A program made the position numbers and the translations under genes. Positions 27,919 through 40,620 of a DNA stretch of 64,000 nt are shown piece after piece (within the stretch, counting starts at the first letter, position 1; the number at the start of each line of letters is the position of its first letter). The DNA comes from the human T2T-CHM13v2.0 reference genome, Homo sapiens. The stretch lies in assembly GCF_009914755.1 (NCBI RefSeq), contig NC_060935.1; one strand, written 5' to 3'. Below the pieces are notes generated by a model. That model was not told where the DNA came from. It was given only the letters and a program-made list of their open reading frames with translations, and did not search any database.

Positions 27919-28509
27919 CAGAAATATTTTATTAGCACGGGTGCAGGTGCTGGCACAATGTCACATCTCATAGGGGCCTCCCCAGGGAATGCTGCCTCCT
28001 GCCCCATCAGTAGCCATTGTCTGGTTCTCTTGATTAATCTGCACAACCTGCAGATTGAGTATTATCTCCTGCATTTTACAGATTAGGAATCCAAAGAGAT
28101 CAGGAAACTTGTCCCAAAACACGTAGCTAATAATTGGCAGAGGAGCATCAAACCCAGGGCCGGATCCTCTGCTCTTTCCATTCTCTGAGGCTTTTCTGAT
28201 CTCCCAGGCAGTTCTGAGGACATCATTCAACCTTGCCTCTCCTCTGTGCCTTAGCTTCCCCTGGTTGAAAAGGGACAGTCCTCCATGCCTACCCTAATGG
28301 CCTACCTGTCCCTGTCCCTAGCGGGCTGCCAAGGCAGGGTCTCCAGAGTGCTCTGAGGGCTCCTTGGGGAAAAGCTCCAAATCTGGAGTGGCCAGTTCTG
28401 AGACCAGCTGTGAATGCACCAAGTGGCCTCTTGGAGTGGGTAAGATGAGTTTCTTCCCATGCCAGACCAAAAAGAATGGAAGAAAGCTACTTGGGGAAAA
28501 ACTGAAATT

Positions 28510-28730
28510 AGAGGTGTGCTAGTAAATATTTAACAACTTGCTCTCTGGGAGTGGGGGTGGGGAGGGCAGGGGCAAGCCCTGATTTGCAGCATTTGCCAAT
28601 TTCCATGGTGTAAATGCTCCCACCATGGCCAATTTCAAGCTCTCAATGTGATGTCAGCCAATTTGCAAAATTTCTGAACATTTAACAATTGGCTTTCACA
28701 GGCCAGAACAAGGCAGTTTCAGCCCACTGC
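28510..28730. mobile_element. hAT DNA-transposon fossil, MER63-like
   Basis: gtgtgctagtaaatatttaacaac...gccctgatttgcagcatttgccaatttccatggtgtaaatgctcccaccatggccaatttcaagct matches my recollection of the MER63 consensus. Confidence 0.6.
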
Positions 28731-29539
28731 TTAATAGCCACGCCCTGCCCCTGGTCCACACCTGAGCCTACTCTTTAGGCTGTGCTGCCCAGTAACTTCC
28801 CCCAAAAAAACTTACTTCAAGCTATCCCCATCCTCCTGGCCCCCAAGCCCTGTGGACAGCTGCAGGTCCTCTCCTTTTGAGCTCCAGTTCCTGGGAAGTG
28901 GATGTCTCTGGCTAGAAAAAGAAACCTATTTGGGGATAAACACTCATTCGTCAAACCTGCAGGAAATGCAGAGTTTGCTGACTTGGCCCCCATGAGCTAT
29001 ATAAATTTGAGTCATCGTCCTCCTCAGACCAGCTCTGCTGTCTTCTTTACATACTTCTGCCAGTCACAGCCTCTCAGCTGGGGCCTCTTGGAACACTGGC
29101 AAGTGACCATTTTTGATTTACATTTTATTCTGAGCTTCCCTCCAGGGCCTTCCCCCCACACCTTTCCCCAAAGTCCTGCCTAGGAGGGGGACTTCATCCT
29201 CCTTCATCCCTCTTCATCCCAAGAGCTCAGCTAACAGAAGCCGCTTGTGGATTCCTTCAAGGACACGAGGAAACTCACTCCTAGTGGGCAGAGCAGAGCA
29301 CACTGCTCCCCCTATATGTCACCCTCAGACGAGCTGTGCAGATGTAGCTATGCCTTGCTTTATGGCAGAAGTACATTCCGGAAATCTCGTGTTTAATAAT
29401 AACAACCTCTCCTCCATCTGTGAAGCGCTCTAGAGTTTCCAAAGCACTTTTACATACTACACATCGTCAAATTCGAGCCTCACACCAGCGCTGTGTGGTG
29501 GGTGGTGATTATTAAAACACCCTCATGGTGTCTGAGCCT

Positions 29540-30560
29540 GTCAGAGTTGGAGGGGCTTCAGATATCATGTAATCCAGCCACCCAGCTGAAGCTCCCATCT
29601 TCTCCACGGTGGCCCAGCTGGTCAGTCCGACTCTGCTTGGCGTCTGCAATGGCAGGAAATTCACCTGGAAAGGGAGGCAGCCCATTCCAGCCTTAAAGAG
29701 TTGGGGTATTGGAAAGGTATTATTTAGGTTGTCTCCTTGTTATAGATCAAATGCATTGCTTGTAGTTTGGCCCTTCGAGTCATACAGAACTGATATAATC
29801 AAATCTCCTCCTTCAGATATTCAAAGGGTACTCTCATGTTTCCCCTTCTCACCCACCCCCCAAATCTTGCCTATATATCCCACGTTCCTTCAAATATTCC
29901 TCATACAATGAAGTACCGAACCCCTTTACCATCCTGGCCGACCCTGCTTTGAATGTACTTTCATGTATTTGTTTAATCAGAGTGGTGCAAGACCAGAAGT
30001 TTCTGCATGCTGTGAGCAATGCCTCTGTTAATGCATCCTCAGCTAGCATTAGTTTAGGTTGGATTTTTTTTTTTGACAGACACTTTTGATATATTGAGCC
30101 AGCTGTCAACTAAAACACGGCTACTAAGCCATGTCTCTCCTTCCCTGCACTTCAATATTGATTTTTCTTGGCCCAAATGTTAGAAGTGTTAAATTTTAAC
30201 TTATTAGATGAGGAATAATCTTATCAGATTTAGCCCCTTGCCAAAATCTGTAAAGATCTTTTGGATCCCTGTTTCACGGCATTCATAAATTTGTTGAGCA
30301 TTTTTTTAGACGTTCTCTAAATCACTGATTAAAGTGCTGAATAAGAGGATAAGGAGGAAGCATGAGACACTCTTTTGGAAACCTGCCCCAAACTGACATT
30401 TATCCTTTAATTGTCATCCCTTGGGTGTAGTTTTCTAATCCATGCAATTGTCCACCAGGCTGCATCTCTCCACATTTTCTGCCAGGCTCTCATGGAAAAT
30501 ACCTTGCTGAGGTCACTTACACCATGTTTTCCTGATCTGCAAGCTTAATGGTCATGTCAG
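29540..30560 (-). mobile_element. Ancient L3/CR1-like LINE fragments
   Basis: agagttggagggg...atccagcc...ctctgcttgg...ggcagcccattccagc resembles the antisense CR1/L3 3' region; highly diverged. Confidence 0.4.
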
Positions 30561-31099
30561 ATCCACGAACTGAGCTTTCTGATAGCAATCTCTCATCTTT
30601 GTGACCCCAGTGCCCAGCACGGTGCCTGGTACATGGCAGGGACTCAAGAAGTATCTGAAGAAATAATCAGTTGCATTAGTGAATGAAGGAATGAATCTGG
30701 CCCAGATAAGTGTGAAGATTACTGGGTTTTAGTTTTTTTCAGAATTCAGTTTATTTGTCTATTTTGAAAATTGGAACAGCATTTGCTTCTACTTTCTTTC
30801 TTACAGCACCTCCTTAATACTCATGTATTCCAAAAGGTCACCAATTTGCTTACTGATGAGAAAATAGGAGCTTAGGAAAGTTAAAGAATTTGCCCAAGGT
30901 CAAAGGCTAATAGGGGAAAACAGTAGGACTCAAGCAATTGTCTTCTGGCTTCCAGGCACCATGATGCTATGTCTAGCCTCTTACCCACTGAGATTGGAAA
31001 GGCTCCCCCAGATCAGCCAACAGTGGCAAGGGTATTTCTGCCTAATAAACGATACAATCTAGGAAAGCAGGTACATTTCTTTTATAGTCTCAACCTCAT

Positions 31100-31400
31100 T
31101 CACCACCCATCATTCATCTATTCATTGATTCAACAAATATTTATTGAACACCTACTAGTGCCAGGCTATTCTGGGCCCTAGGAATACAACTGTTACAATC
31201 ACTCCATGAGCTTACGTTTTAGCTGGGAGTGAAGAGAAAATCAATAAGCACATAAATATAGAATATGATCATGGTAAGGGCTATGAAGAAAAATAAAGCA
31301 AAAGGCAGAGGGGCTGTATGGTACTCCAAAGAGGTAGCATCTGAGCGGAGATCTAAATGAAGAGAAGATCTAAATGAAGACATGCAAATGTCTTGGGGAT
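31100..31400. mobile_element. L2 3' fragment
   Basis: cattcatctattcattgattcaacaaatatttattgaacacctactagtgccagg, a typical L2 end. Confidence 0.7.
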
Positions 31401-32545
31401 ATATGTACCAGCAATGCTTGTATTCACAGACATATAACACTTTTTCTTCCAGAAAGCAGGGACCTAGATTCATATGATGAACTTTGCAACTATAAAATAT
31501 CTGATTCTTTCAAGGCATATTAATTCATTTATTCACTCACTCATTTTCTCCGCAAGTATTTTTATTAAGCATCAAACCTTTTTACTAAGTATGTGCTAGT
31601 TGGAAGCTGGTGATGAAGGAGTGACCAAGGCCTCAGAGGAGAAGACAGATAAGTACATGAAGCCCAACACCACATGTGGGGAGAGCTACCATCGTGCTAT
31701 GGACAGGGTGATGTAAGAGAACAGTTGAGGCTTATCATCATTCACACTTTTAGAGATTTCTTTGACTGAAGGAAATAAAAAAGCATGAAACTCCATAGTG
31801 ATGGTTTAAAAAAAATGTAAACCATTGAACCATTTCTTTAAACAAAACCTTAGATAGAAAATCTAATAGATAATATTAAAAGGAGTTGCTCTGGTTGGTA
31901 CAAAATTGTCGGCCTCGGGACACCTTCAAAAACGTGTCACAGATTATGAAATCCCCTGCCCTAAATATTTGTTATGGCCAAGAACAAGAATCTGTTCATT
32001 GCCCACTAAAGCCTGCTTATCTTGAAGTGGCCAGGTAAACCAAATTTGGAGAGCCATTCAGTCATCCTTCAAAACCACTGGGACCATAGCCTGTGGCTTC
32101 CATTAAAGGGAATAAATAAACCTGTGTCCAAACGACAGCTGATTCAGCTCCTGTTTTCCTGCTTTTCAAAGTCATCAAATCAACGCTATGATGGGCCAAA
32201 CGACTCATAAGCACAATTTAAAGGATTCATCCTATTGTTTTTTTCTACTTCTGGGCAAGGGTTACCATATTTGCACTAAGAGTCATCTCTTTTCAGAGTG
32301 TGCTGGGCATCTCCTGGTTTTGGATGGCCTGAAATTGTTTTCTAGAACATGCTCATTTGAAGAAAGCCTGCTTTTCTTCCCACTGTAGCACACGTACGAA
32401 TGGATGCTCATTGTGTGCTCACAGTTCTCTTGGCCTCTTGCTCTCCTCCGGGCACAGCACAGGCCAAGGCGGACCTCACACTACAGCCTGGAGACCAGCA
32501 CCCTGGCCATGCTAACCCACCACCTCCCCTTTCTTCTCTCTGCAG

Positions 32546-32685
32546 ATGACGGCAACCGCCCAGCCACCCTCCAAGGCCCAGGCTGTCCACATCTCTGCCC
32601 CCTCAGCTGCTGCCAGCACACCTGTGCCCAGTGCCCCCATCGACCCCCAGGCCCAGCTGGAGGCTGACAAGCGAGCTGTATACAG
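32546..32685 (+). CDS. PKNOX2: PKNOX2 coding exon 2 (MTATAQPPSKAQAVHISAPSAAASTPVPSAPIDPQAQLEADKRAVY-R), 140 nt, phase 0 to 2
   Basis: Strong polypyrimidine acceptor ...ttcttctctctgcAG; donor CAG|GTAGGA; ends at the start of the HR1 motif DKRAVYRHPLFPLL. Confidence 0.97.
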
Positions 32686-33084
32686 GTAGGAGACACTTCA
32701 GCTGTGTCTACAGCCCTCAACCAGCTTCAGGCCCAGCTCAGCTGTGAGGGATGAGAATGCAGGCCAAAGGGTGGGCTCGGCAGAGATGACGGCCAATAGC
32801 TATTCTCCCTTGGCCTCCTTCCCTCTCTACTCAATCCAGAAACCCCTCAGCTGTCCACAGTGACTCTAGCTTTCTGGAAATGTCTAGGGAAGGATATGGA
32901 GGCCTAGACAGCACTTCCTATCTCAACCAGGGAGATGACCCCTAATGGGTATCAGAAACCCTCCGCTCAGCCAAACAGGCAGCTGCCTCAGGACCCTTTC
33001 CTCGCCCTGTGTCCTGTTGTTGCTTTCCCTCCATCAAGCCCACCAGAGCACTGGACCTCTGACCGCACCCTCTAGAACTTGGCA

Positions 33085-33258
33085 GTCCACAAACTTCAGG
33101 AGGCATGAAAGTCACAGGGAGAGCTTGTTAAAACACATGGTTTTGGGCTTCATCCTCAAAGAGGACAAATCAGTAGATCAAGCTATAGGAAGAGGGATAG
33201 GCATTTTTTAAAGCATTCCAGGTGAATCTGATGCAGCTGGTTATTGGACCACACTTGG
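33085..33258. mobile_element. MER5-like hAT-Charlie fossil
   Basis: agtcacagggagagcttgttaaaacaca...gcattttttaaagcattccaggtgaatctgatgcagc...ggaccacacttgga. Confidence 0.65.
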
Positions 33259-34577
33259 ATTCATGGTAGTCTCTGTTTTTAAACAATAGGTATTGTGTGT
33301 GACTGTAGGTTCTGGCACTTTTCCCCAAGAAGGGGAGTTTGCTGAGGGCAGGCAGCTTGTTTCTTCTTGTTCTGCATCTGCCCCACGCATCCAGGGCTGA
33401 GTCTTGAATGTTGCAGAGGGTGGGATGGGGCTCAGGGAAATGCCTGTCTCCTTGATGAACTCCCATTCTTGTACATAGTTGGGGAGGAAGATGCTGTCAC
33501 CTGAGAACAGGCCTGAATGAGGCTCCTACAGGGACTTTAGTTATCATTAACCACTAAGAAGAGGTGCCCAAGTCTGCACTCAGTATTGAGGCTTGACCCT
33601 TGCTCATATTCCCTTGTGGGAGCTTATATGTTCACATGCATCAGCAAGTGTGGCTCGCCTCTGGCTGGGCACACACTGCAGCAGGTGCGAATGCCAGTAA
33701 CATGTGGAATGATTCACCCAAGACTAATGAATAGGAAGATTGATTTCTTTCTGAATCCTTCCCCACCACCCCAATGACGGTGCCTTTATGGTAATGGTGG
33801 TAATTAGGGCTGTTATTCTCATTCTCATCGGCATTATTTTTAGTTCCTCAGATAAGCCGAATGCCTCTAATACCAACAGTTGAGGGTCCAGAGCAGTGGC
33901 CTCTGATCACGGATCCTGGCACCAGGGGCCTCCCAGGCCCAGGAGAGGGACAAAACACAGCACCTGTGCCCTGCCCTGTGAAACACACAGGCTAGGCCCA
34001 GCTGCCTGCTGGTGGAGAGCTCTGGCTTGGGCCCCAAAGAACTCCAGGACCTGGTCACAGTGCCTCTCAGGGAGACTCTAAGAAAGGTCAAGCTAGCCAC
34101 CCCAGTGTGGGATGGACCTCCTTCCCTCTGCCCTTCCCTCTTTACAGTCTCTTATTGAATCCTTACTATTCCTATGTGGGGGGCTGTGCTAGACTCCAGC
34201 AGAAGGAGGGTCAATGTGTAGTCTCTTCCCTCCATCTCTCCAGGCACCGATAGACGTACAAACAAGAAACCAGAGCTACGTGGTCAGAGCAACAGGGAAG
34301 GCTTCACAGAGGAGGCAATATTTGAGTTTGGTCCTAAAGGTTGAGTAACAGACCCCACTAGGTGGAGAAATGGGGTAGGAGAGGACCTTCCAGGACCAGC
34401 CAGTGGCCAGAGAAGCTGGGAATGGGGAGATGAGACTGCACAGACACCTGTAATTAACCTGGGCAAGGTGCAGTGGGCTTGTGCTTTTGTGGGGAGCATA
34501 AGGAGGGAAGGGAGTAGCGTGGCCTCTGAAAACTGCCCGACAGCCTGATGACATATGCTTGTCATACTCTATTTGGA

Positions 34578-34725
34578 GCATTGCTACTCAAAGTATGGCC
34601 TGTGGACTGGCAGCATCGTATCACCTGGGAGCAGATTAGAAATGCAGGCTCTTAAGGCTCACTCAGGCCTAAGGACTCAATCTGCATTTTCACAAGATCC
34701 CAGGGGATTCCTATGCATACTGAAG
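34578..34725. mobile_element. MER5-like hAT-Charlie fossil
   Basis: gctactcaaagtatggcc...ggcagcatc...tcacctgggag...ttagaaatgcag...aatctgcattttcacaagatccccaggggattc. Confidence 0.75.
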
Positions 34726-36859
34726 ACTCACCTCGCAGCTGCTCAGACCCCTGGGTCAGGGGCCTGTAGTGAGCATAGATCATGGTCTAGAAAGCCCTCC
34801 AGATGAGTGGTGTAACGAATAGTTTTTGGAAACCTAGGTTTGAGTCCCACCTCCACTGTGTCCTAGCCTCTCTGAGCTTTCATGTCCCGATGGAACCTAA
34901 GCAGCAGACTTGATAAGAATCAATGAGACGGCCCGTGGAGGCACCTGGCCCTGCGTCCAGCACCAAACAGAGGGTTTACTCTGTCCCACCAATGGGAACC
35001 ATGGGTTCCAAAGCCCTTCTCACAATCCCAGGCTCGTACCCTACCCAGGCCAACCTGCAGGAGAGGTGGGTCACTGCCCCCATGGGAGCCACCACATGGA
35101 TGTCACTTGAAGAATGGCCTAGACCTTTCTGCAATTAACACTTCTTCCTACTCCCCTTCCCTCCTGGGCTTTATCTTCTCCCACCGGGCTAACCACCCGC
35201 AACCCTTGGTGTTTGCCCAAAGTATGTCTGCAGCTGTCTGACCTGGAAGAGGGAATCCCAGGCAAACGCGGCTGCCCCAGCACCTCAGGACACCGAGCTG
35301 ACAGCAGCACCATGCTGGCTTCCCATCTCTCTAGTCCTGCTGCTGCCTCCTGGCCCGGCAGCCCCAGGGTTGTCTCCTACAACCACATCTCACCCATTAG
35401 TACCAGCCGCCCTCTCTGCAGCCATTGCCCCGGGATGACCAGGGAGGGAGCTCAGCCTCCTGTAGGGTCGGGTAATTTTAATTAGATTTGCCTGCCTGGG
35501 GCAGCCTGGCTGCTCCAAAGCACATCAGGGAGTCGGCATTTTATGTCAATAAGTGTAACCAGACCCTTTCCATTCAGATGAGTGCCCCACACTGGCTTTT
35601 GGGAGCCCCCATCATGGCCCCTGCTAGAACCACAGATGAAGGAAGGGTGGGTGTGGCCCCTCCCTGCCTAGGACACTGCTCGGTGGCAGAGGGGCAGTGT
35701 GACAAAGGGGAGGGAGCCTGCCAGTGCCCGGGAGGTTTTATTTGTGTATGAGGATGTGTTAATGAAATGTACTGGTTCCCTTCTGATGTGGAAACTGTGG
35801 GGTGGGGGACGGAGGGCAGCGTCTGTCTTTAATTGGATCATACCAGAGCGTCATCTGGACTAATCAGCAAAGCAACCAGGGGCTCCGGCTCAGATTAATG
35901 ATTGCAGTCTAATCCGAGCAGATCCCATGATTGGATGCACATCGCGGGTAATTGTGTTTGTGGCCCAGGAGCAGCACTGAGAGGGGGTCCAAAGAGGGGA
36001 GGCCGGTGGAGTGAGGGACCACAGGTTTGGACCCAGCTCAGTTCTCTCCTCCCCCAGCCCCCACCTCAACCCTGGGGTTTTCTCCCAAAGAAGTTCAAGC
36101 TTAGCTTGAACCACAAGCCCCACCCGCCCATGCTGGTGAGGAGTCCGATGTTAGGGGCTGCCTAAATCAGGGGATTAGGTTGCCAGCGGCGCAGAGGCAG
36201 GGCCAAGAGGGTGAGGTTAATCCAGCTTTCCCTCCCCCTCCTCCCCTCCAGTCTCCTTCGTTCCCCTTTGAAGTGAGTGGGTTCCCATGGAAACCATGGT
36301 GTCCTGAGGAGCGGAAGAGGGGCAGGAGCTAGGCCTGGCCAGGTGCGGGTGGGGGAGGAGGTTGGCTTTGCGAAGACTGCTCTGCTAAGGTGTTGGCTCA
36401 CTTCCCTAAGGCTGAAAGATTCTCTCCGAGAACCAGGGACGCGGAGGTGCTAAAGTTGTTGCCCATTACTGATAAGGAAAAGCTGGGCTGGAGGCATGAG
36501 CAGTGAGAAGACAGTGAGGGCAGTGGTGCTTTGCCTTTCCATTAAGAACCCAGAGAGTGGAGCTGCAGGTCAGGGATAGAGGGTGAGGTGGCTTCCGGAC
36601 TCTGCCTGTCTCCTTTGTGGCATTACTCACAATTGAATTAACTGTGTTAGCATTTGTGTCAACCTTATTTCTGTTTCCCCTGCTATACTGTTAACTCCAG
36701 AGGACAGGGTCTGCGTCTGTCTTGCTCATTGCTTTATCCCCAGCACCTTACATGATACCTTAGAGTCAGCAGCTTAGACGAAGTAGCTACTGCATCAAAG
36801 CTTGTTGGACGGCTTCATTAAATGGTTAGGGAGCACCCCATAAATATACCATAGTTCTA

Positions 36860-37020
36860 GGTTGATGTGCCGGCAAACGTCTCTCGAGGCGGGGAAGGGG
36901 AGCAGCTCCGATTCGTAGCATTTGCTGATCCCCGTGATGTAAATACTCATACCATGGCCCATCCCAAACCGCCCACCTGAGGGCACCGAGCAGTAGGGAA
37001 GACGTGAGGCTCTCGCTGCC
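36860..37020. mobile_element. Second MER63-like fragment
   Basis: ccgattcgtagcatttgctgatccccgtgatgtaaatactcataccatggcc parallels the core at 28579-28630. Confidence 0.5.
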
Positions 37021-38089
37021 TCAAAGCCCAAACCCCACCTAGGGAGCCAGGTTCCAGGCGCACAGTCTCTAGATTTACATGCGTAAGCCCATCTTACAGG
37101 CCAGTTCTTTAGAATGGTGTTACTGATACTTTTAGCTGCAATCCTACATTCTTGGTCCTCACTGTCCTATCTGGTCCACTCCTGGGTTCTAAATTTGAAA
37201 TGTTCTCTCTTAATCAATGAACTCTTGGAACAGCACCTGGTGTGGATAGGTGTTTTATAAGTGTCTTCAGTGATGATTTTCCACCTAAATGCCAAGGCAG
37301 TCTGTCTCTTTCCATCTGCTTCAGCAGAGCCCCATCTTCACTCCAAACTTCTCCATCTTTTCCAAGTGGCTTTCAAGCCTTTCCTGGTCTATCAGCGAAT
37401 GATCTCCTTCCTCGCAGCTCCAGAAACCCTGCTTCAAACCATTCTTCTGCCTCCTCTTTAGTTTCTTAGCTCTGAGAATCTTGCACTTTCCACACCATGT
37501 GTCTAGTTCATTCTGTCAGTCTCATCTCCCACACATCACAAGCTCAGAACTTCTACCCACATGGGACCACCAGAGAGCTCATGCTCAAGTCCAGCTCTAG
37601 TTCAATAAAAGCAATGTGAGCCCTGTTTATAATGCACTTGTTTCTGTCTCATGCAGACTGGATGGCAGAATCCACAGTTGTGTGGGGAGGAACAGAGCAG
37701 GACAGTAGGCAGTGTTCAGATCACTCCCTTGAGACTATCCTAAAGGTCACGGAAGTTCCCGGCATGATCCTGACAGCCCTATAGCCAGAGGTGCAAATGC
37801 AGCCATGGCCCTGTGTTGGGCAGTGGGAAATAGAATCATGCTCTAGAAATAGACTTGGTGAGAACTGGCTTTGTCACCATCGGCTAGCTCATCTCTCTGG
37901 GACTCTGTTTTCTCAACTATCAAAAAGAAAAATGATAATAGCTAGAATACAATAAGATAATAAATGGCATACAGATCAGTGTTCAGTAGACTGGGGTATT
38001 TTAAACAGAGGAGCCAGCATATGCTGCTTTGGCCCATTCAGGATGTGAAGTCTGGTACATTCGGGGGGACAGGATCGGGGTCACGAGCA

Positions 38090-38252
38090 CAGCCTGGTTC
38101 ACACTCTAGCTCCATCACTGGACACTAAAACTTTCTGTGACTCAGTTTCCTCATCTGTAAAATGGGGCTAAAAATAGTACCATCTCCTCATCTAGATTGT
38201 CATGAGGTTTAAGTGAGATAACACAGGTAATGTGCTTGGTAAAGAACCTGGC
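38090..38252. mobile_element. MIR
   Basis: MIR core ctcagtttcctcatctgtaaaatgggg...aatagtacc...gattgtcatgaggtttaagtgagataa. Confidence 0.8.
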
Positions 38253-39635
38253 AGGTGGTCCACATTCTGTGGGTGTCAGCCGCTGTTGGATGTATTGGTG
38301 TCAGGCAGGAGCTTGTGAGCCAGGAGGTAAATGCTGAGAGGCGGCGCAGCAAGAGGCAGGGCTGCCAAAGGTTTCCAGTCAAGTGGTCTTCACTCTACAA
38401 TTCAATTAATTATGAACTGAGCTCCAGCATGCGTAAGGCATTGTGGTAAATTCGGAAAGGGGTCCTGTGCAGGGACAGAGGGAAAGATAGGCGTAGAAAG
38501 TAGCTGTGACATAAACTTGGCACACAGCATGGGCTCAAAAAAGTGTTTGTGGATTTGACCGCAGAGCTTCAGGCCTGCAGTGTAGCGTGGGAGAGTTGCA
38601 CTGCTTTTCCCAAGGGAGGTGAGCCCCGAGAGAATGACAGCCACGCTACCAATCCTGGGGCTGGGCTGGTGGATGGGGTGGGAGGAATCTCTCCAGGTTT
38701 GAGGCTAGACAGATAGGCTGGGTCCTGTGTGACTGTCCTCTGTAGCAGCCGCCTGGTCAGGACCCTGGGAACTGGAACTTCCTAATGAAGTGTCTTTGAG
38801 AGAACTCTTCCACCCTGTGACCAAAGAGTGTTCTGGCTCCAGTGAAGTTGACCCTGGGGCTTAACCCTCTGCCTTCCCTGGCATTAGGCTTGGTCATTCC
38901 TGGAATGTGCTGGGTGAGGTGGCCTGAGAATGGTGTGGGAGACATGCAGCCATTCCAAGCAGAGAAGTTAGGACCGGATGCTTCGTGCCAGGGCCTCTGG
39001 ACTACTAGGTGCTGTGGGCAGATGTTCCAGGCTGTGTCCTTGGCTGGGCTTTGTGGGATGGGGGTTCTTCTGGTGGATAGTCCCTGCTTTTTGAAGCAGC
39101 TGGGTTCACTGGCACCTGAGGTAACATCTCAGCTGCTGACTATAGTCAGGGGGGTGATCCTGCTGGAGCTATAATCTGAAAAGTGAAACCATGCTCAGAT
39201 TTCCTCTGTACCAGGCAAAGCCTATTCCCTGCCCTTTCTATGGCATCATAAGGCCTCCCGCACCAAGCCCAGCCTTGCAACTGATGCTGACAGGCCCAGA
39301 GGCTGCAGCTGTCTTGCTCAGGGAGCAGGTGTGCTCAGGAGTGGTTGGTCGTGCTGCTTCCACGGCTCACCTCCCTGACCTAGGTAGAGCTCCATCATCC
39401 AGGGTCCCCGCCAAGACCAAAGATCCAGGAGTCCTGAAATCTGATGACTTTTATCCTCACAAGGTTATGTTAGGATTCAATGAGATAACCAATGCTAACA
39501 GCTGGCAGTGCTTGGCACACAGAAGGCTCTTGGTGAATGGTATCTACATTCATGAAGAAGGACTGCACCGGGTCTGTCCCCCTTACAAGAAGGAAGACAA
39601 CCAGCAATTGGGCCTCCTGCTAGTGCAAATGACAT

Positions 39636-39658
39636 GGGGTGGGGTGGGGTGGGGTGGG
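39636..39658 (+). repeat. (GGGGT)4GGG, a perfect G-quadruplex motif
   Basis: Four G4 tracts with 1-nt loops. Confidence 0.85.
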
Positions 39659-40539
39659 AGGAGAACAGAAAGCTGGGGCCATGAAGGTTCATATGGCCAG
39701 TGGCTTCTCACCGGGCCTGAGCTAAGCCAGCTTCCCTGTCTTTTAACCATAGTGCCACTTTCTGCTTTTCCCAGGCACTGATCCATTTCATGGTTGAGTG
39801 GGAAGAACCTGAACTGAAAATTTAGTCTGCATTCTGACTCTATCATCGGGCAAATCTTTAACTTCTTTAGATAAGCTTTCCTACCCCACAGGGTAGGCAT
39901 CAAACGAGGAGAGGAGAGATCTGTAAAAATGTTAAGGCCTCTCCAAACACACACAAGTATTATTACAAGAGGAGGTTCTTTTGGAAACTCACCGGATAAA
40001 GCAGAGATTCTCTCATACAGCAACAGTCTCGTGGCTCCCAGGGTAATCCTGGCAGCTCAGTGCTTGGACCCCAGGATGTGTATGACTCAAGAACAGTAGA
40101 GAAAAGGGGGAAGGCAGATGAAGTGAGTTCAGTAACTGCTCACAAGTAGTACATGGGAGAGAGGGGAGAGCACACGATTTGGAGTTTGAATACCTGGATT
40201 TTAAATCTCAACTCAGTTACTGCATAGCCTGATGCGGTCATTTAACCACACAGCACATCTGTTTGCTAATGAGTGAAATGAGAATGAGAAGCCCGTTGGG
40301 GTATCAAAATGCAATAAGCACATATAAGAGCACTTTACAAAGTGCCACTGAGTGTGTGTGGGTGTGTGTTTAGTCCTTGACTGTGACCAAGACAACGTGG
40401 TTAGGGCTCACCTCCTCACAGCATCTCTTCCCCTTGAAGTTCTTTCTCTAGGGGGACTGGCTGAATTTCTGGTGACTTGGCTGGAATCACTGATCGCCTT
40501 TCACTAGCTGCCTAATTTCAGGAAGGACACTTGTCTTTT

Positions 40540-40620
40540 CTCTTTTGTTTATAACTTTTATTTTCAGTTCGGGGTGCAGGAGCAGGTTTGTTATATAGGT
40601 AAACTCGTGTCATGGGGTCT
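40540..40620 (-). mobile_element. Short L1PA/L1PB 3'-end fragment
   Basis: aacttttattttcagttcggggtgcagg..gcaggtttgttatataggtaaactcgtgtcatgggg. Confidence 0.75.

Noticed and set aside
39191-39781. 196-aa ATG-initiated ORF
   Set aside because: It runs through MIR-like sequence and a (GGGGT)n tract, with no domain similarity or exon evidence.
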